IMG/VR virus record: IMGVR_UViG_3300013288_000004
Location: 191,360 to 255,359 of that record
Origin: a virus
Lineage: Duplodnaviria > Heunggongvirae > Uroviricota > Caudoviricetes
Strand: one strand, 5' to 3'
DNA length: 64,000 nucleotides
Each line of letters opens with the position of its first letter. Positions within the stretch are counted from its first letter, which is position 1. Shown here in pieces: positions 1 to 9,567 of this stretch. The notes below the pieces were generated by a model that saw nothing but the letters and a program-made list of their open reading frames with translations, was not told the DNA's origin and ran no database searches. The position numbers and the translations under genes are program-made.

Positions 1-304
1 TGTCACCCTGCCTTCTATATTTTGGCATACAGTAAAATACTCTTAATTGAAAATATTCAGTATTAACAACTGTAATAATATCTCCACTTATGATGCCAGT
101 AACCATGTCATCGTTTACTATTCCTAAAGTTAGGAACTTTCCGTCAACATGTTCTATGATGGGCTTCTGTCTTTCATATCCTGTCAATTTTCCATTATCT
201 TTTAACCATTTCATGGAATCTTCAATCTGAGAAGATTGATAATTATTTAATGGAGTTGTTCTAGAGGTCATTTCTGACAGAATATTTAAATCATTTAATT
301 TCAT
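1..304 (-). CDS. GNAT-like acetyltransferase, partial (runs off the window start)
   Basis: Hand translation from ATG at 304: MKLNDLNILSEM...FYCMPKYRRQG; the ending resembles GNAT motif A (V.P.YRRQG). Not in the ORF track. Confidence 0.5.
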   Translation of the reverse strand, partial: MKLNDLNILSEMTSRTTPLNNYQSSQIEDSMKWLKDNGKLTGYERQKPIIEHVDGKFLTLGIVNDDMVTGIISGDIITVVNTEYFQLRVFYCMPKYRRQGD

Positions 305-309
305 ATTGC

Positions 310-1140
310 TCACATAAATTCATTTTTAAAATCCTCTAGCGTTATTACTGTGACACCGAGTTCTTGAGCTTTCTTGTATTTCGAAGAGGCTGAATCAACT
401 GATGCACAAATCAAATGAGTTGTCTTCTTACTAACTCCCGATCCAACTTTACCACCATTCATTTCAATGAAATTCTGTAATGTTGAATCTCTGAAACCAG
501 TTAATACAACATTTAAATGTGAAAGATCAGATGATACCGCTTTCTTCTCCACAAGATTGACATAATCTTTTAATTTTGTCAATAGTGCGAGAGCATCATC
601 AATTCCGGACATAATCATTTTAGCCGTAGTAGTATCAAACCCAACCATATTAACAATATCATCCTCGGTTAAATTCTTGATCGCATGTATACCATTGCAT
701 TGGTTTAGTAACATCTTAGATTTTCTAACACCAAATCCAGCACCAAAATATCTCAGCGATCCCAAAAACTCTTCTGGTGGAAGTTTCTGTAACTTATTGT
801 GTAAACTGGTGTGAATCTTCTTACCATTGATGCCGATGATCTTCATCCATTCTGGCTCAAGTAGATCAAGCAAAAATACAATAATTTCTTCGTATGGCAA
901 ATGGTATAACTGATACGCTTCAAACATAGACTTCAACGTTGCCTCTTTCAAAAGGTCAACCTTAAATGTTTCGAAGAATGCCAAGACTTGTTCGAATTTT
1001 ACCTTTGGGTGATTGTTATGATTATTTACAATAATTTCTACCCCTGACTGATTCCATTGCCAGTTTCCTTCTCCTAAGATTTCGTTAATAGAGTCGTTGA
1101 AATATTTTTCAAATTTATCCATAAAATTTTTTATACCCAT
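310..1140 (-). CDS. ligA: NAD-dependent DNA ligase, C-terminal part (HhH repeats + BRCT)
   Basis: HhH-like GAGFGVRKS and VGFDTTTA; BRCT VVLTGFRD...GGKVGSGVSKKTTHLI...SKYKKAQELGVTVI. Confidence 0.9.
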   Translation of the reverse strand: MGIKNFMDKFEKYFNDSINEILGEGNWQWNQSGVEIIVNNHNNHPKVKFEQVLAFFETFKVDLLKEATLKSMFEAYQLYHLPYEEIIVFLLDLLEPEWMKIIGINGKKIHTSLHNKLQKLPPEEFLGSLRYFGAGFGVRKSKMLLNQCNGIHAIKNLTEDDIVNMVGFDTTTAKMIMSGIDDALALLTKLKDYVNLVEKKAVSSDLSHLNVVLTGFRDSTLQNFIEMNGGKVGSGVSKKTTHLICASVDSASSKYKKAQELGVTVITLEDFKNEFM

Positions 1141-1155
1141 AAATAGATTCTAGGT

Positions 1156-1184
1156 ATTCTAAATCTTTTTTCTGAATATGTCAA
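1156..1184 (-). promoter_or_regulatory. sigma70-type promoter for the ligase C-terminal gene
   Basis: Minus strand TTGACA-N17-TAGAAT; the -10 box ends 15 nt before the ATG at 1140. Confidence 0.7.
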
Positions 1185-1208
1185 ATGGAAAACCAAGAAT
1201 GACTAAAA

Positions 1209-1994
1209 ATGACTAAAAAATTAACAAACGAAGAATTTATAACAAAAGCAAACAAAATTCATAATAATAAATATGATTACAATAAAACAATATATGACGG
1301 CTATTATAACAAAATTATAATAGTATGTCCAATACACGGGGATTTTACACAAAAGCCAGCAGATCATTTAGGAGATGCTAACGGATGTCAAAAATGTAAA
1401 AGTGTTTCACTTGCAACACAGCAAACTTTAACAAGAGAAGAAGTTATAAACAGATGTAATAGAGTACATAATTTTAAATATTTGTATGACGATATGGTGT
1501 ATATCAAAAATAATATAAAAATCATTATAACTTGTAAAGAGCATGGGAAGTTTCTTATGGTCCCAGCGAAACATTTTATGGGCAGAGGATGTCCAATATG
1601 TTCAAAATCATTCTCCAGTGGAGAACTAAAAGTTAAACAGATATTAGAAGAATTACATATAGATTATAAAATGAATAAACAATTTCCGGGGTTGATAGGA
1701 GATTACAGACCCCTAAAATACGATTTTTATTTGGAACAATTACATCTAATAATAGAATATGATGGTGAATTTCATTCTAACTATAAATGCGCTTTTGATG
1801 CCAAAAATTTATCAGAAAATGAAATGTACAGACGTTTCTTAAAAATACGACGATACGATCTCATCAAAAATAAATATTGCGAGGATAATAATATTCCATT
1901 ATTACGTATTTCATATAAAAAATATTCTTATAAATTGATTCGCAAAGAAATTATAAATTTTTTAAATTTAAACGGGACTACTTATTACACTTAA
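1209..1994 (+). mobile_element. Free-standing homing endonuclease (CxxH-GCxxC Zn-binding repeats + Vsr/PD-(D/E)xK-like nuclease)
   Basis: Repeats CPIHGDF..HLGDANGCQKC and CKEHGKF..HFMGRGCPIC; C-terminal KYDFYL..LIIEYDGEFH..DLIKNKYC..PLLRI. Sits antisense inside ligA. Confidence 0.85.
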
Positions 1995-3089
1995 TATTTG
2001 TGGTATAACCGATCCAGCTTTTGCAACAATTACTTTAGCACCCGGCATTATTTTATTGTCATATATAAATCTTGCGTTGTGACCGGTAGCGTATGTCACA
2101 GTTGACCCCTCCATCTCTGTTGGTACAATTTTAACCTTTGGTTTAAGTAAACCCCCCTTAGACAGTTCCCAGAGGACATCGACAACCGAGACTTCGCGAT
2201 AAGCATCCTTTGAAAGATTCTTATATTTGACAGAATGTTCTGGATTTAGCGATGACGAATTCGACTGCAAAGAAATATTCTTGTACGATTCTGTAGTAAG
2301 AACCAAACCGTCCAGCATATATTCTGATTTTTCTTTTCGATCTGCAACCATCTTACCAAGATCGGCATCGTTGAGTTTGTCAACCCCGACCATTTGATAT
2401 GCAACTACGGAAAATCCGTACTTCTTGAGCAATTCCAACTCTTCGGACTTCTTAAGATTGCTTACACCATCGACAATTTCATATGCGACCACTTCGAAAT
2501 CATTTAACACATCTTCTGTTGGGATTTTTCTATTAAGAATACCGGCGACCATGTTACGGCTGTTCTTGAATTCGTTTGCATACTTATATTCAAAGATAGA
2601 GTTCTTAATGATCACTTCGGCTCTGACTACAAGATCATCAGGATTTAAATAACCAACATCTGCCGTTTTTGGTACATTTGGAATAAGCTGAATATTTCTT
2701 GTAATGTCCGCACCCTCTGAACCATTACCCCTAGAGAATGCCTGTGCAAACTTACCATCACGATAAACTAATAGACACGAACACCCATCTAGTTTATCAG
2801 ACGAGATAACTTCTTTAACATTATATTTTTCAATCCAATTGAGAATATCATTATCATCATAAACTTGATTCAATGAACCCATTGGATATGGTAACGGGAC
2901 TTTCCCACCACGAACATCCGAGCCGACACCAGTGAAATACTGATTGGATGGATCTAGCAACTTTAATTTGTTTCTAAGATTCTCATATTTGTCATCGTCA
3001 AGAACGTCATCAGTGACTGAGGTATTGAAATATAATTCATCGTATTTCTTTAATTCTACTACTAATTGTGCAATGACATCCATAAACAT
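1968..3089 (-). CDS. ligA: NAD-dependent DNA ligase, N-terminal part (adenylation + OB domains)
   Basis: SDKLDG active-site motif, SRGNGSEGADIT, RNMVAG, LDGLV, and OB-fold end ATGHN...AKAGSVIPQI. Confidence 0.93.
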   Translation of the reverse strand: MFMDVIAQLVVELKKYDELYFNTSVTDDVLDDDKYENLRNKLKLLDPSNQYFTGVGSDVRGGKVPLPYPMGSLNQVYDDNDILNWIEKYNVKEVISSDKLDGCSCLLVYRDGKFAQAFSRGNGSEGADITRNIQLIPNVPKTADVGYLNPDDLVVRAEVIIKNSIFEYKYANEFKNSRNMVAGILNRKIPTEDVLNDFEVVAYEIVDGVSNLKKSEELELLKKYGFSVVAYQMVGVDKLNDADLGKMVADRKEKSEYMLDGLVLTTESYKNISLQSNSSSLNPEHSVKYKNLSKDAYREVSVVDVLWELSKGGLLKPKVKIVPTEMEGSTVTYATGHNARFIYDNKIMPGAKVIVAKAGSVIPQILSVISSPV

Positions 3090-3131
3090 TCCTATGATTT
3101 TTGTGTATCATAGCAGATGTTGGTGCACCGT

Positions 3132-3764
3132 TCAATCTCTTGCAGCTTGCACGAAATCCTTAACTTTTATTGGATCAAAGTCGTAGAATGAACTTGATAT
3201 TCCAGTTGCTACCAATGCATGTGTTATATAATTCTTATAACTATGAATGTTCTCTGGTGTCAATCCGCTTGCTAGTGCTAGCTTGGGAAAGTGTTCCAAA
3301 TTCTGCATTTTTTCTAATGATGCAGCAACTCCGGTTGCGCTGCCAGATGTTGTTGGTATTCTATTTTTGCTAAGAATTGTTTCGCCAGTGGCTATAAAAT
3401 CCACATCTTTCTTTTGATATTTAAAAGCAAATGACTCATATATTTCCATGCTCTTTTTGTTCGTAAGAAGTTCAATCGGTTGATCATATCTCTCTGGTAT
3501 TAGATTATCTGTCCAAATCATATCAAAACATTCATAATGATTCACTAATCCAACCATGAATTCAGTAAAAAGAAAATTTATGCCTATTTTCTTTTCTGGG
3601 TAATTTTCTTTCAACTCTCTACAGACCGATGGTAAAATTGATTCAGCGTCTGGATTGTCCATGTTTATTAAAAAGACGCCATCGCATCCATTCCCAAAGA
3701 CGATTTCAGCATTCTTAAACGCTGCATCTTTTGTTGAGAAATGTATTACTGGTAATATTATCAT
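3132..3764 (-). CDS. BtpA/SgcQ-like TIM-barrel protein
   Basis: LPVIH start, DGVFLIN, IGINFL, TTSGSATG, LASGLTPENI, ALVATG. Confidence 0.65.
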   Translation of the reverse strand: MIILPVIHFSTKDAAFKNAEIVFGNGCDGVFLINMDNPDAESILPSVCRELKENYPEKKIGINFLFTEFMVGLVNHYECFDMIWTDNLIPERYDQPIELLTNKKSMEIYESFAFKYQKKDVDFIATGETILSKNRIPTTSGSATGVAASLEKMQNLEHFPKLALASGLTPENIHSYKNYITHALVATGISSSFYDFDPIKVKDFVQAARD

Positions 3765-4258
3765 AAAGATTTTGCGAAATTATCGTTTATTGGTTCGTCG
3801 TACTCTGATTCTATCCCAATGATACCAAGCTTGTCTAGTAAACTCTGGTCTGGCACTTCTCCATCATAATCATATGATAATGTTATATGTGGTTTATATT
3901 CTGGGAACTTTTCTTCAACATCATATTGTCCGACGATGTCAGAATGTCTTGCATGTAAATCATCGCAGTCTAATTCCATAACCAAACATTTCGATCCGGG
4001 ATTTTGGGAATTGTCAAACAAAGTGAAACCTTTTGGTTTAGCCTTGTAACCTGCTGGATTTTTCGCGGTGAATCCATCTAAATTCTTTTTATCTGAATAC
4101 ACCAATGTGGAATGTAATTTATCTTGCGGGATTGGATTCTTTAACTTTAATTCTGCCATCAAATCCATTATTCTCTTTTTAGTATCATCATCAAATCTAA
4201 CACCTACATATGTCCCTGCTGGCATTTCTTTGTTATAGTAAATTTCTGATAGTTTCAT
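3761..4258 (-). CDS. acb1: T4 57B/Acb1-like 2H phosphoesterase (anti-CBASS)
   Basis: GTYVGVRF, NPIPQDKLHSTLVYS, LVMELD..LHARH, YKPHITLSYD and EYDEPI are co-linear with the T4 57B sequence as I recall it. Confidence 0.85.
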   Translation of the reverse strand: MKLSEIYYNKEMPAGTYVGVRFDDDTKKRIMDLMAELKLKNPIPQDKLHSTLVYSDKKNLDGFTAKNPAGYKAKPKGFTLFDNSQNPGSKCLVMELDCDDLHARHSDIVGQYDVEEKFPEYKPHITLSYDYDGEVPDQSLLDKLGIIGIESEYDEPINDNFAKSL

Positions 4259-4548
4259 GGTTTGTCCAATTCTGAATTATCTTTATTTATTGGATGAAGA
4301 GCTTCCTTGAAATAATCTGCGGCTTGATTCAACACTTCATAGATTGGTTTGTCTAAAGCGTAATCACCAATTTGTACACTTTTTATTTGTACAATGCCTT
4401 CATATTTAAAAGATTTACTTTTATGAACTGCCACGGATAACATTAATTTACCGACATCATCTGTCAATGACACTACAACATCATCACAATTTAACTTTTT
4501 CTTAAAGTAGTTAAATATCTTTTTTATATTTTTTGTTCTTGTTTTCAT
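4255..4548 (-). CDS. hypothetical protein
   Basis: ORF with ATGA-type overlaps at both ends. Confidence 0.65.
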   Translation of the reverse strand: MKTRTKNIKKIFNYFKKKLNCDDVVVSLTDDVGKLMLSVAVHKSKSFKYEGIVQIKSVQIGDYALDKPIYEVLNQAADYFKEALHPINKDNSELDKP

Positions 4549-4742
4549 AAATCGTCCACTGTAGTTATATGATATAAATCTTCATGTCGTACCCATACAT
4601 TAAATCCATCAGTATCCTGTGAATTTATAGGTCTGATTTCCATCAGTATATCATCTTTTGACGAATCTCGCTTGTTTGAGCGTATGGCCTGCCTGCCTGT
4701 AGATTCCCACTCTTTTCCATTATAAATGAATTTTGACATCAC
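4545..4742 (-). CDS. hypothetical protein
   Basis: 65 aa ORF coupled to the downstream gene. Confidence 0.6.
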   Translation of the reverse strand: MMSKFIYNGKEWESTGRQAIRSNKRDSSKDDILMEIRPINSQDTDGFNVWVRHEDLYHITTVDDL

Positions 4743-4758
4743 ATTTTCACCATTTTTA

Positions 4759-4766
4759 TATAAATA
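4759..4766 (+). promoter_or_regulatory. T4-type late promoter
   Basis: TATAAATA in the intergenic gap upstream of phoH. Confidence 0.6.
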
Positions 4767-4840
4767 ATTTTTGTGTCACGGCAATATTTATAATTTGATT
4801 TGTATCGTGATGCCCGCCAACCATAGGAACAACATGACAC

Positions 4841-5629
4841 ATGGCTCAAAAAATGCGTTCTCGTAAAGATAGGCAGATAAAAGAATTAACTGAAGTACTG
4901 GAAACAAATGGAAAAGCGATTACGGAGGGTCCACGCAAGAAAAATTTTACAAATCACGATTTAAGACACATTCGACCATTAAACGCAGCGCAAGAATCAA
5001 TGTTTGAATCATATTTTCAAGGTAATAATATCATAGCACATGGCTCGGCTGGAACCGGGAAGTCGTACTGCGCACTATTCTTGGCTTTAAATGATTTACT
5101 AAACAAGAAAGCTGGCGCATCCAAGATAATGATAGTCCGAAGCGCAGTCCAAGGAAGAGATATTGGCGCACTTCCCGGCACGATTTTCGAAAAATTACAG
5201 CCATATGAAACTCCTTATCAAGATATAGTAGCCAGTCTAATGGGAAAATTCGATGCATATGATAATATGAAATCATTGGGGCTGATTGAATTTATACCGA
5301 CATCATTCGTTAGAGGATTAACATGGGACAACACCATAGTAATCATCGATGAAATACAAAATATGAATTTTCACGAATTGAATTCAATAGTTACTAGAAT
5401 AGGAGAAAACAGCAGAGTAATAGCATGTGGTGATATAATTCAAAATGATCTATTTAACAAAAAGAATGAAGTTACCGGTATGCCAAAATTCTTAGAGGTT
5501 GCAAGACGTTCTGGCGTTTTTGATGATATATTATTTACTAGAAATGATATAGTAAGAAGTGATTTTGTTAAAAAGTGGATTTGTGCATTAGAAGACACGG
5601 ACAAAGTAGTATCTGTTAGAGCCGCTTAA
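4841..5629 (+). CDS. phoH: PhoH-family ATPase
   Basis: HGSAGTGKS, IGALPG...KLQPY, SFVRGLTWDN..VIIDEIQN, TRIGENSR..CGD..QND, DIVRS. Confidence 0.95.
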   Translation: MAQKMRSRKDRQIKELTEVLETNGKAITEGPRKKNFTNHDLRHIRPLNAAQESMFESYFQGNNIIAHGSAGTGKSYCALFLALNDLLNKKAGASKIMIVRSAVQGRDIGALPGTIFEKLQPYETPYQDIVASLMGKFDAYDNMKSLGLIEFIPTSFVRGLTWDNTIVIIDEIQNMNFHELNSIVTRIGENSRVIACGDIIQNDLFNKKNEVTGMPKFLEVARRSGVFDDILFTRNDIVRSDFVKKWICALEDTDKVVSVRAA

Positions 5630-5660
5630 AACGATGGGTGCGCTTTGCACCCATCGTTTT
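5628..5660. terminator. Bidirectional intrinsic terminator
   Basis: aaaacgatgggtgc-gcttt-gcacccatcgtttt between convergent phoH and the HNH gene. Confidence 0.85.
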
Positions 5661-6815
5661 TTATATTCCGCAAACATCTTCAAAAACTTGCATGTCTGAT
5701 AAATCCAAATGTCTATATTTTGATGTCAAAATTCTGTTACGATGCATTGCCATTTTTTTATGTGAATACCGTTTCTTCATTGTGTGACAAGATATTCCAA
5801 AATAAGATAACATGAAATTATAATCATAACATATAAATTGTTCATCACCATCTCGAAAAGAATAAACCCATGATGAAGTCCCCTCTCTAGCATGGGACTC
5901 TTTCAAACCTTTACTTATTTTCGGTCCCATACTTTTTGCCCAATCACCAGATGATTTATATAGTAAATGTTTTTTATAATTACCCGGATCAAACTCTCTA
6001 CCACAACACTCACATTTAATTTTTTTAGATGCTAAAATGGCTATCATCTTTCTGGCACTTTCTTTTTGTACATCGGTCTTCTTGAATGTTTTCATATAAT
6101 CAGAAACGATTTTCTTATGTTCTTCCGATCTGGTCATACCTGTTGATATACCAACCCACTCACTCGTTGCATAATAAATGTTTTCATCTATGAGCTTTTT
6201 TTCTCCAGTAATTACATTTCTTGCCATTACTTTATTTTTTCTTTCACTAACTCTTTCTCCAGTAAGAAATGCTAATTTCATTTTTTCAATAATTTCTGGT
6301 GAATTTTTTATTCCTTTGCGAATATGTTTATAATTGTTTGCATCAGACTCATATATGGATTTATCCAATAATTCAAACTCACCAGTAATTAAATTTATTA
6401 CTGGGACTCTGTTTATAAATTGTGAATTTAATTTTAAATATTCATTCATTTGTTTCTGCAATACTGCAAATTCTCTAGATGTTATGTATGTTGCACCCAT
6501 CACATGTGACATTAAATAGAATGCACTTCGCATTGCAGAATCATTCGGAAATGCTCTATACATTATCCAATGTATTAAATAATGTGCCCTATGTGGAATA
6601 GTAAGCAAATTCTCATTATCATTATTACCTCCCCAACTTCTTGGAATGATATGATGAGTTGGATATTTCATACTACCGCGCCTCTTAACCGATGGGTATT
6701 TTACACATAATCCTTTAATAAATTTTATAAGCCTGTGTAAATAATGTATATTCACCTTTGGATTATGTTCCATTGTTGAATAGTATTCAACAACTTTGCT
6801 ACAATCTTTCTTCAT
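5661..6815 (-). mobile_element. HNH homing endonuclease with NUMOD3-like repeats
   Basis: THHIIPRSWGGNNDNENL..HRAHYLIH; later GMTRSEEHKKIVS-type DNA-binding repeats. Confidence 0.85.
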
Positions 6816-6924
6816 ACTCTTCTCCCGGTATAAATCTATTTATGATTCTTACCGGGAAAGTTAAATAAAAAGTGGATTACAGCATTAGAAGAGTCAAATG
6901 TTGTTAACATAAAAGCAGCATAAA

Positions 6925-6952
6925 GAAGAAGGGGCCGAACGGCCCCTTCTTC
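6925..6952 (-). terminator. Intrinsic terminator
   Basis: gaagaaggggcc-gaac-ggccccttcttc at the end of the minus-strand gene run. Confidence 0.8.
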
Positions 6953-7163
6953 ATCTAATGCCAACCATATCAGCAATCAAATTATAATAATCATAATTAG
7001 CAGACAATTTAATATATGATTTATCTACTAACATATTATAAAGATTTTTAGATATATTACATAATGTTTTATTACTTTTTATAGCGGTAATAATAATCCT
7101 ATCATTCTCTGATCGCGCATGAACATCAAAAATCTTATTGCCACATAATGCAACCGTGATCAC
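6951..7163 (-). CDS. hypothetical protein
   Basis: 70 aa ORF overlapping the upstream stop. Confidence 0.55.
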   Translation of the reverse strand: MITVALCGNKIFDVHARSENDRIIITAIKSNKTLCNISKNLYNMLVDKSYIKLSANYDYYNLIADMVGIR

Positions 7164-7444
7164 GCCAGATCCTTATACGTTGATACGAAAAGACAATCCA
7201 GCTTATTCAACTGATCAGCATATTTGAGAATATCTTTAAGATCTGGGTCAGCATATCTATCGGAAAATATAATTACTTTTTCTGTTGGTTTAACGGCTAA
7301 GAGATAATTTAAGAAGTTCTTAAATGGTAAATTTACCGCACCGGAAATAGAACCGTCCCTATATGAAACTGGTGAACGAACATCCACCAGTTTTGCTCCC
7401 TTCTGTACCAACTTGATTGCACGCTCTTTTGTAATCTTGTTCAT
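7160..7444 (-). CDS. Rhodanese-like domain protein
   Basis: LVDVRSPVSYRDGSISGAVNLPF. Confidence 0.75.
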   Translation of the reverse strand: MNKITKERAIKLVQKGAKLVDVRSPVSYRDGSISGAVNLPFKNFLNYLLAVKPTEKVIIFSDRYADPDLKDILKYADQLNKLDCLFVSTYKDLA

Positions 7445-7487
7445 GTCATTCTTCCCTATAGTTAATGACTACGGGAAGATGATAACA

Positions 7488-8048
7488 TCATACTTCCACG
7501 TATTCTACCGCCTGTATAATATTATGTATGACTTTATCATACTCGTGATTTCTATTCCACGGATGATGAAATAATACCGGATGTCTTACCTTACCACTTT
7601 CTTTATAATCTGTTATATTTTTAAATGAATCATCTACCGCCAAATCAATAACTCCATATTTCTCTATTGCTTTATATTTAGACTGATTGTGAAACGTTAC
7701 GTACAAGTCATGATATGGTATTTTATGTTCTTCCAACCACTGTTTGGTTATTTCTACAGCTTGTGGGTGCCATCCTCTTGCTGTAACCATTAATACTAAA
7801 TAATTATTATCGATAAGATGTTGACAAAATTTTACAGAATCATCTAACGGTTTTGTTTTTCTTAAAACATCTGATTCTATTAAACAGGCTCTAAAGTCCG
7901 CTACTGTCATCCCATATATACTAGCCAGATCGTAAACATCCCAATCCTCCCAATGAATATTCTTTCCAGTATATTCATTGAGAACATTCATCAATGGATC
8001 TCTGAGATTTGCAATCGTGTCATCAATATCAATAACTGCGACTCTCAC
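7488..8048 (-). CDS. 5'(3')-deoxyribonucleotidase (HAD, NT5C-like)
   Basis: DIDDTIAN, VTARG, AVDDS, HPWNR. Confidence 0.85.
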   Translation of the reverse strand: MRVAVIDIDDTIANLRDPLMNVLNEYTGKNIHWEDWDVYDLASIYGMTVADFRACLIESDVLRKTKPLDDSVKFCQHLIDNNYLVLMVTARGWHPQAVEITKQWLEEHKIPYHDLYVTFHNQSKYKAIEKYGVIDLAVDDSFKNITDYKESGKVRHPVLFHHPWNRNHEYDKVIHNIIQAVEYVEV

Positions 8049-8623
8049 TGTTCTAGCTCTTTTCTTTCTGAAACCAAATCTCTATTATCTGCCAAATCAT
8101 CCGAATATTTGTCTGGGAATCTTACACGTAGCTTTCTAATGACCTTATCAGGCGGATCATTCGGATCTATTCCAAATACATTACATAATAGTGTACCATA
8201 CCATGAGTTCGTACCACCAGCACCGTCTGCTAATTCCTCTGCCAAATTATGTATGTCAATTTCACCAGTTTGAATATATTTCAGAAGAATACTTGCTAAC
8301 TCCCCAGTTTCTGTCATGATACCTAACATACCATGAATAGCCCTAGTGTCTACATTTTCTAACTTTCTTGACTTATCATTACCAGCATAAAAAATATCGT
8401 CAGATAATGCTTCTAATTTACTTGGAAGTTCCCCGATTAATTTATTATACTTAGCATCTTTATTATAAAAAATTTTCTTTTTGTAACCGTCTAAAACTTC
8501 TGATAAGAGAATGAACGCTTCGATTATATAACAAAGCTCATCCTTATTAGTTACAATTTCTGGAATTACTGATTCGGTTCTTAGTGCATCTTTTTGAAAT
8601 TTATACAGATCCATTTTTATCAT
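8045..8623 (-). CDS. MazG-like nucleotide pyrophosphohydrolase
   Basis: YKFQKDALRT, HGMLGIMTETGEL, NLAEELAD, KLRVRFPDKYS. Confidence 0.8.
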   Translation of the reverse strand: MIKMDLYKFQKDALRTESVIPEIVTNKDELCYIIEAFILLSEVLDGYKKKIFYNKDAKYNKLIGELPSKLEALSDDIFYAGNDKSRKLENVDTRAIHGMLGIMTETGELASILLKYIQTGEIDIHNLAEELADGAGGTNSWYGTLLCNVFGIDPNDPPDKVIRKLRVRFPDKYSDDLADNRDLVSERKELEQ

Positions 8624-9008
8624 TCACCTTTTTTATTAAATTTTCTACCATTGGTTTCATTAGTAATGAAATATTCGATTGTGTATTAGCATTATATTCT
8701 ATATTGAAGAAGCTAAATTCTTGAAGCTGTTGGTCCGGATGGTATGTGACATAGATTTCATGACCATAAGCGGAAATAGTTTTTTCCACTGTGCCATTCC
8801 ACTTATTGTAAACCGTGTTTTTGACACGAGACTCTCTACCATTATCTAAATCTGCCATAATCAACATCAACCATGACACGAACAAATCATAATTTGATCT
8901 TTCATACGAAGCTTGTCTTCCTTCGGACAAGATGTTCTGAATTTGTTTTTCATCTTCTGGAATTGATTCCAAAAATTCATATAATGAATGTTTCTTCACT
9001 AACTTCAT
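8601..9008 (-). CDS. hypothetical protein
   Basis: ORF in an operon-like run. Confidence 0.65.
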   Translation of the reverse strand: MKLVKKHSLYEFLESIPEDEKQIQNILSEGRQASYERSNYDLFVSWLMLIMADLDNGRESRVKNTVYNKWNGTVEKTISAYGHEIYVTYHPDQQLQEFSFFNIEYNANTQSNISLLMKPMVENLIKKVNDKNGSV

Positions 9009-9072
9009 GGTTTGTCCTTGTAATTAACTGTGACTACAATAGCATGTAGGCATCATTACATCAAGTGTTGTG

Positions 9073-9567
9073 TTAAATAATATAACAATTATCACGAGAG
9101 TATTTTTCGAAGTATTCTATAACCTTTGAATACTCTGGATATTTTAATTGTTTTTCTTTTAAAATCGAAAGAACATTTTCTGTTACGTTTCCTTCAGATT
9201 TGCATTCTAAAAATGCATGATATAACGCATTTCCTATCATCTTGCTAGGTGGCGCTGTGGGTAAGCCTATAATATCTTCAGCCCAACATTTAGCACACGA
9301 ACACGGAAAAGCGGTACAATCCCCTACATGTGGTTCTGTTAAGGCTTTTACTGCTTCCTCGGCATACTTTTCGATATCAGAGATTTCTCTACAAAATTCT
9401 AAAGCTTTGTCTATCGAAACGCCTTTTTCATCAGTCAAATAATACTTAACTGTAAATAAATCATCCTCAAGTTGCCTAGCAATATATTTCCATTTAAAAA
9501 TCTCTTTTTCCTTATCATCTAAGAAAATTTTAACATGTAATGGGTTTCTGTCGTAGCTTATTCTCAT
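9073..9567 (-). CDS. hypothetical protein with Cys cluster (HVGDCTAFPCSCAKC)
   Basis: ORF in the run; possible metal-binding motif. Confidence 0.65.
   Translation of the reverse strand: MRISYDRNPLHVKIFLDDKEKEIFKWKYIARQLEDDLFTVKYYLTDEKGVSIDKALEFCREISDIEKYAEEAVKALTEPHVGDCTAFPCSCAKCWAEDIIGLPTAPPSKMIGNALYHAFLECKSEGNVTENVLSILKEKQLKYPEYSKVIEYFEKYSRDNCYII

Noticed and set aside
1141-1967. Group I intron interrupting ligA
   Set aside because: Only 68 nt lie outside the antisense ORF, too little for a ribozyme core, and they hold a promoter. No P/Q/R/S elements were recognised. RT-PCR would be the final test.
7445-7469. Hairpin gtcatt...aatgac enclosing the rhodanese SD as a fourth operator copy
   Set aside because: Different stem sequence, longer loop and no bulged A; not the same motif, though it may be an independent RBS-occluding hairpin.
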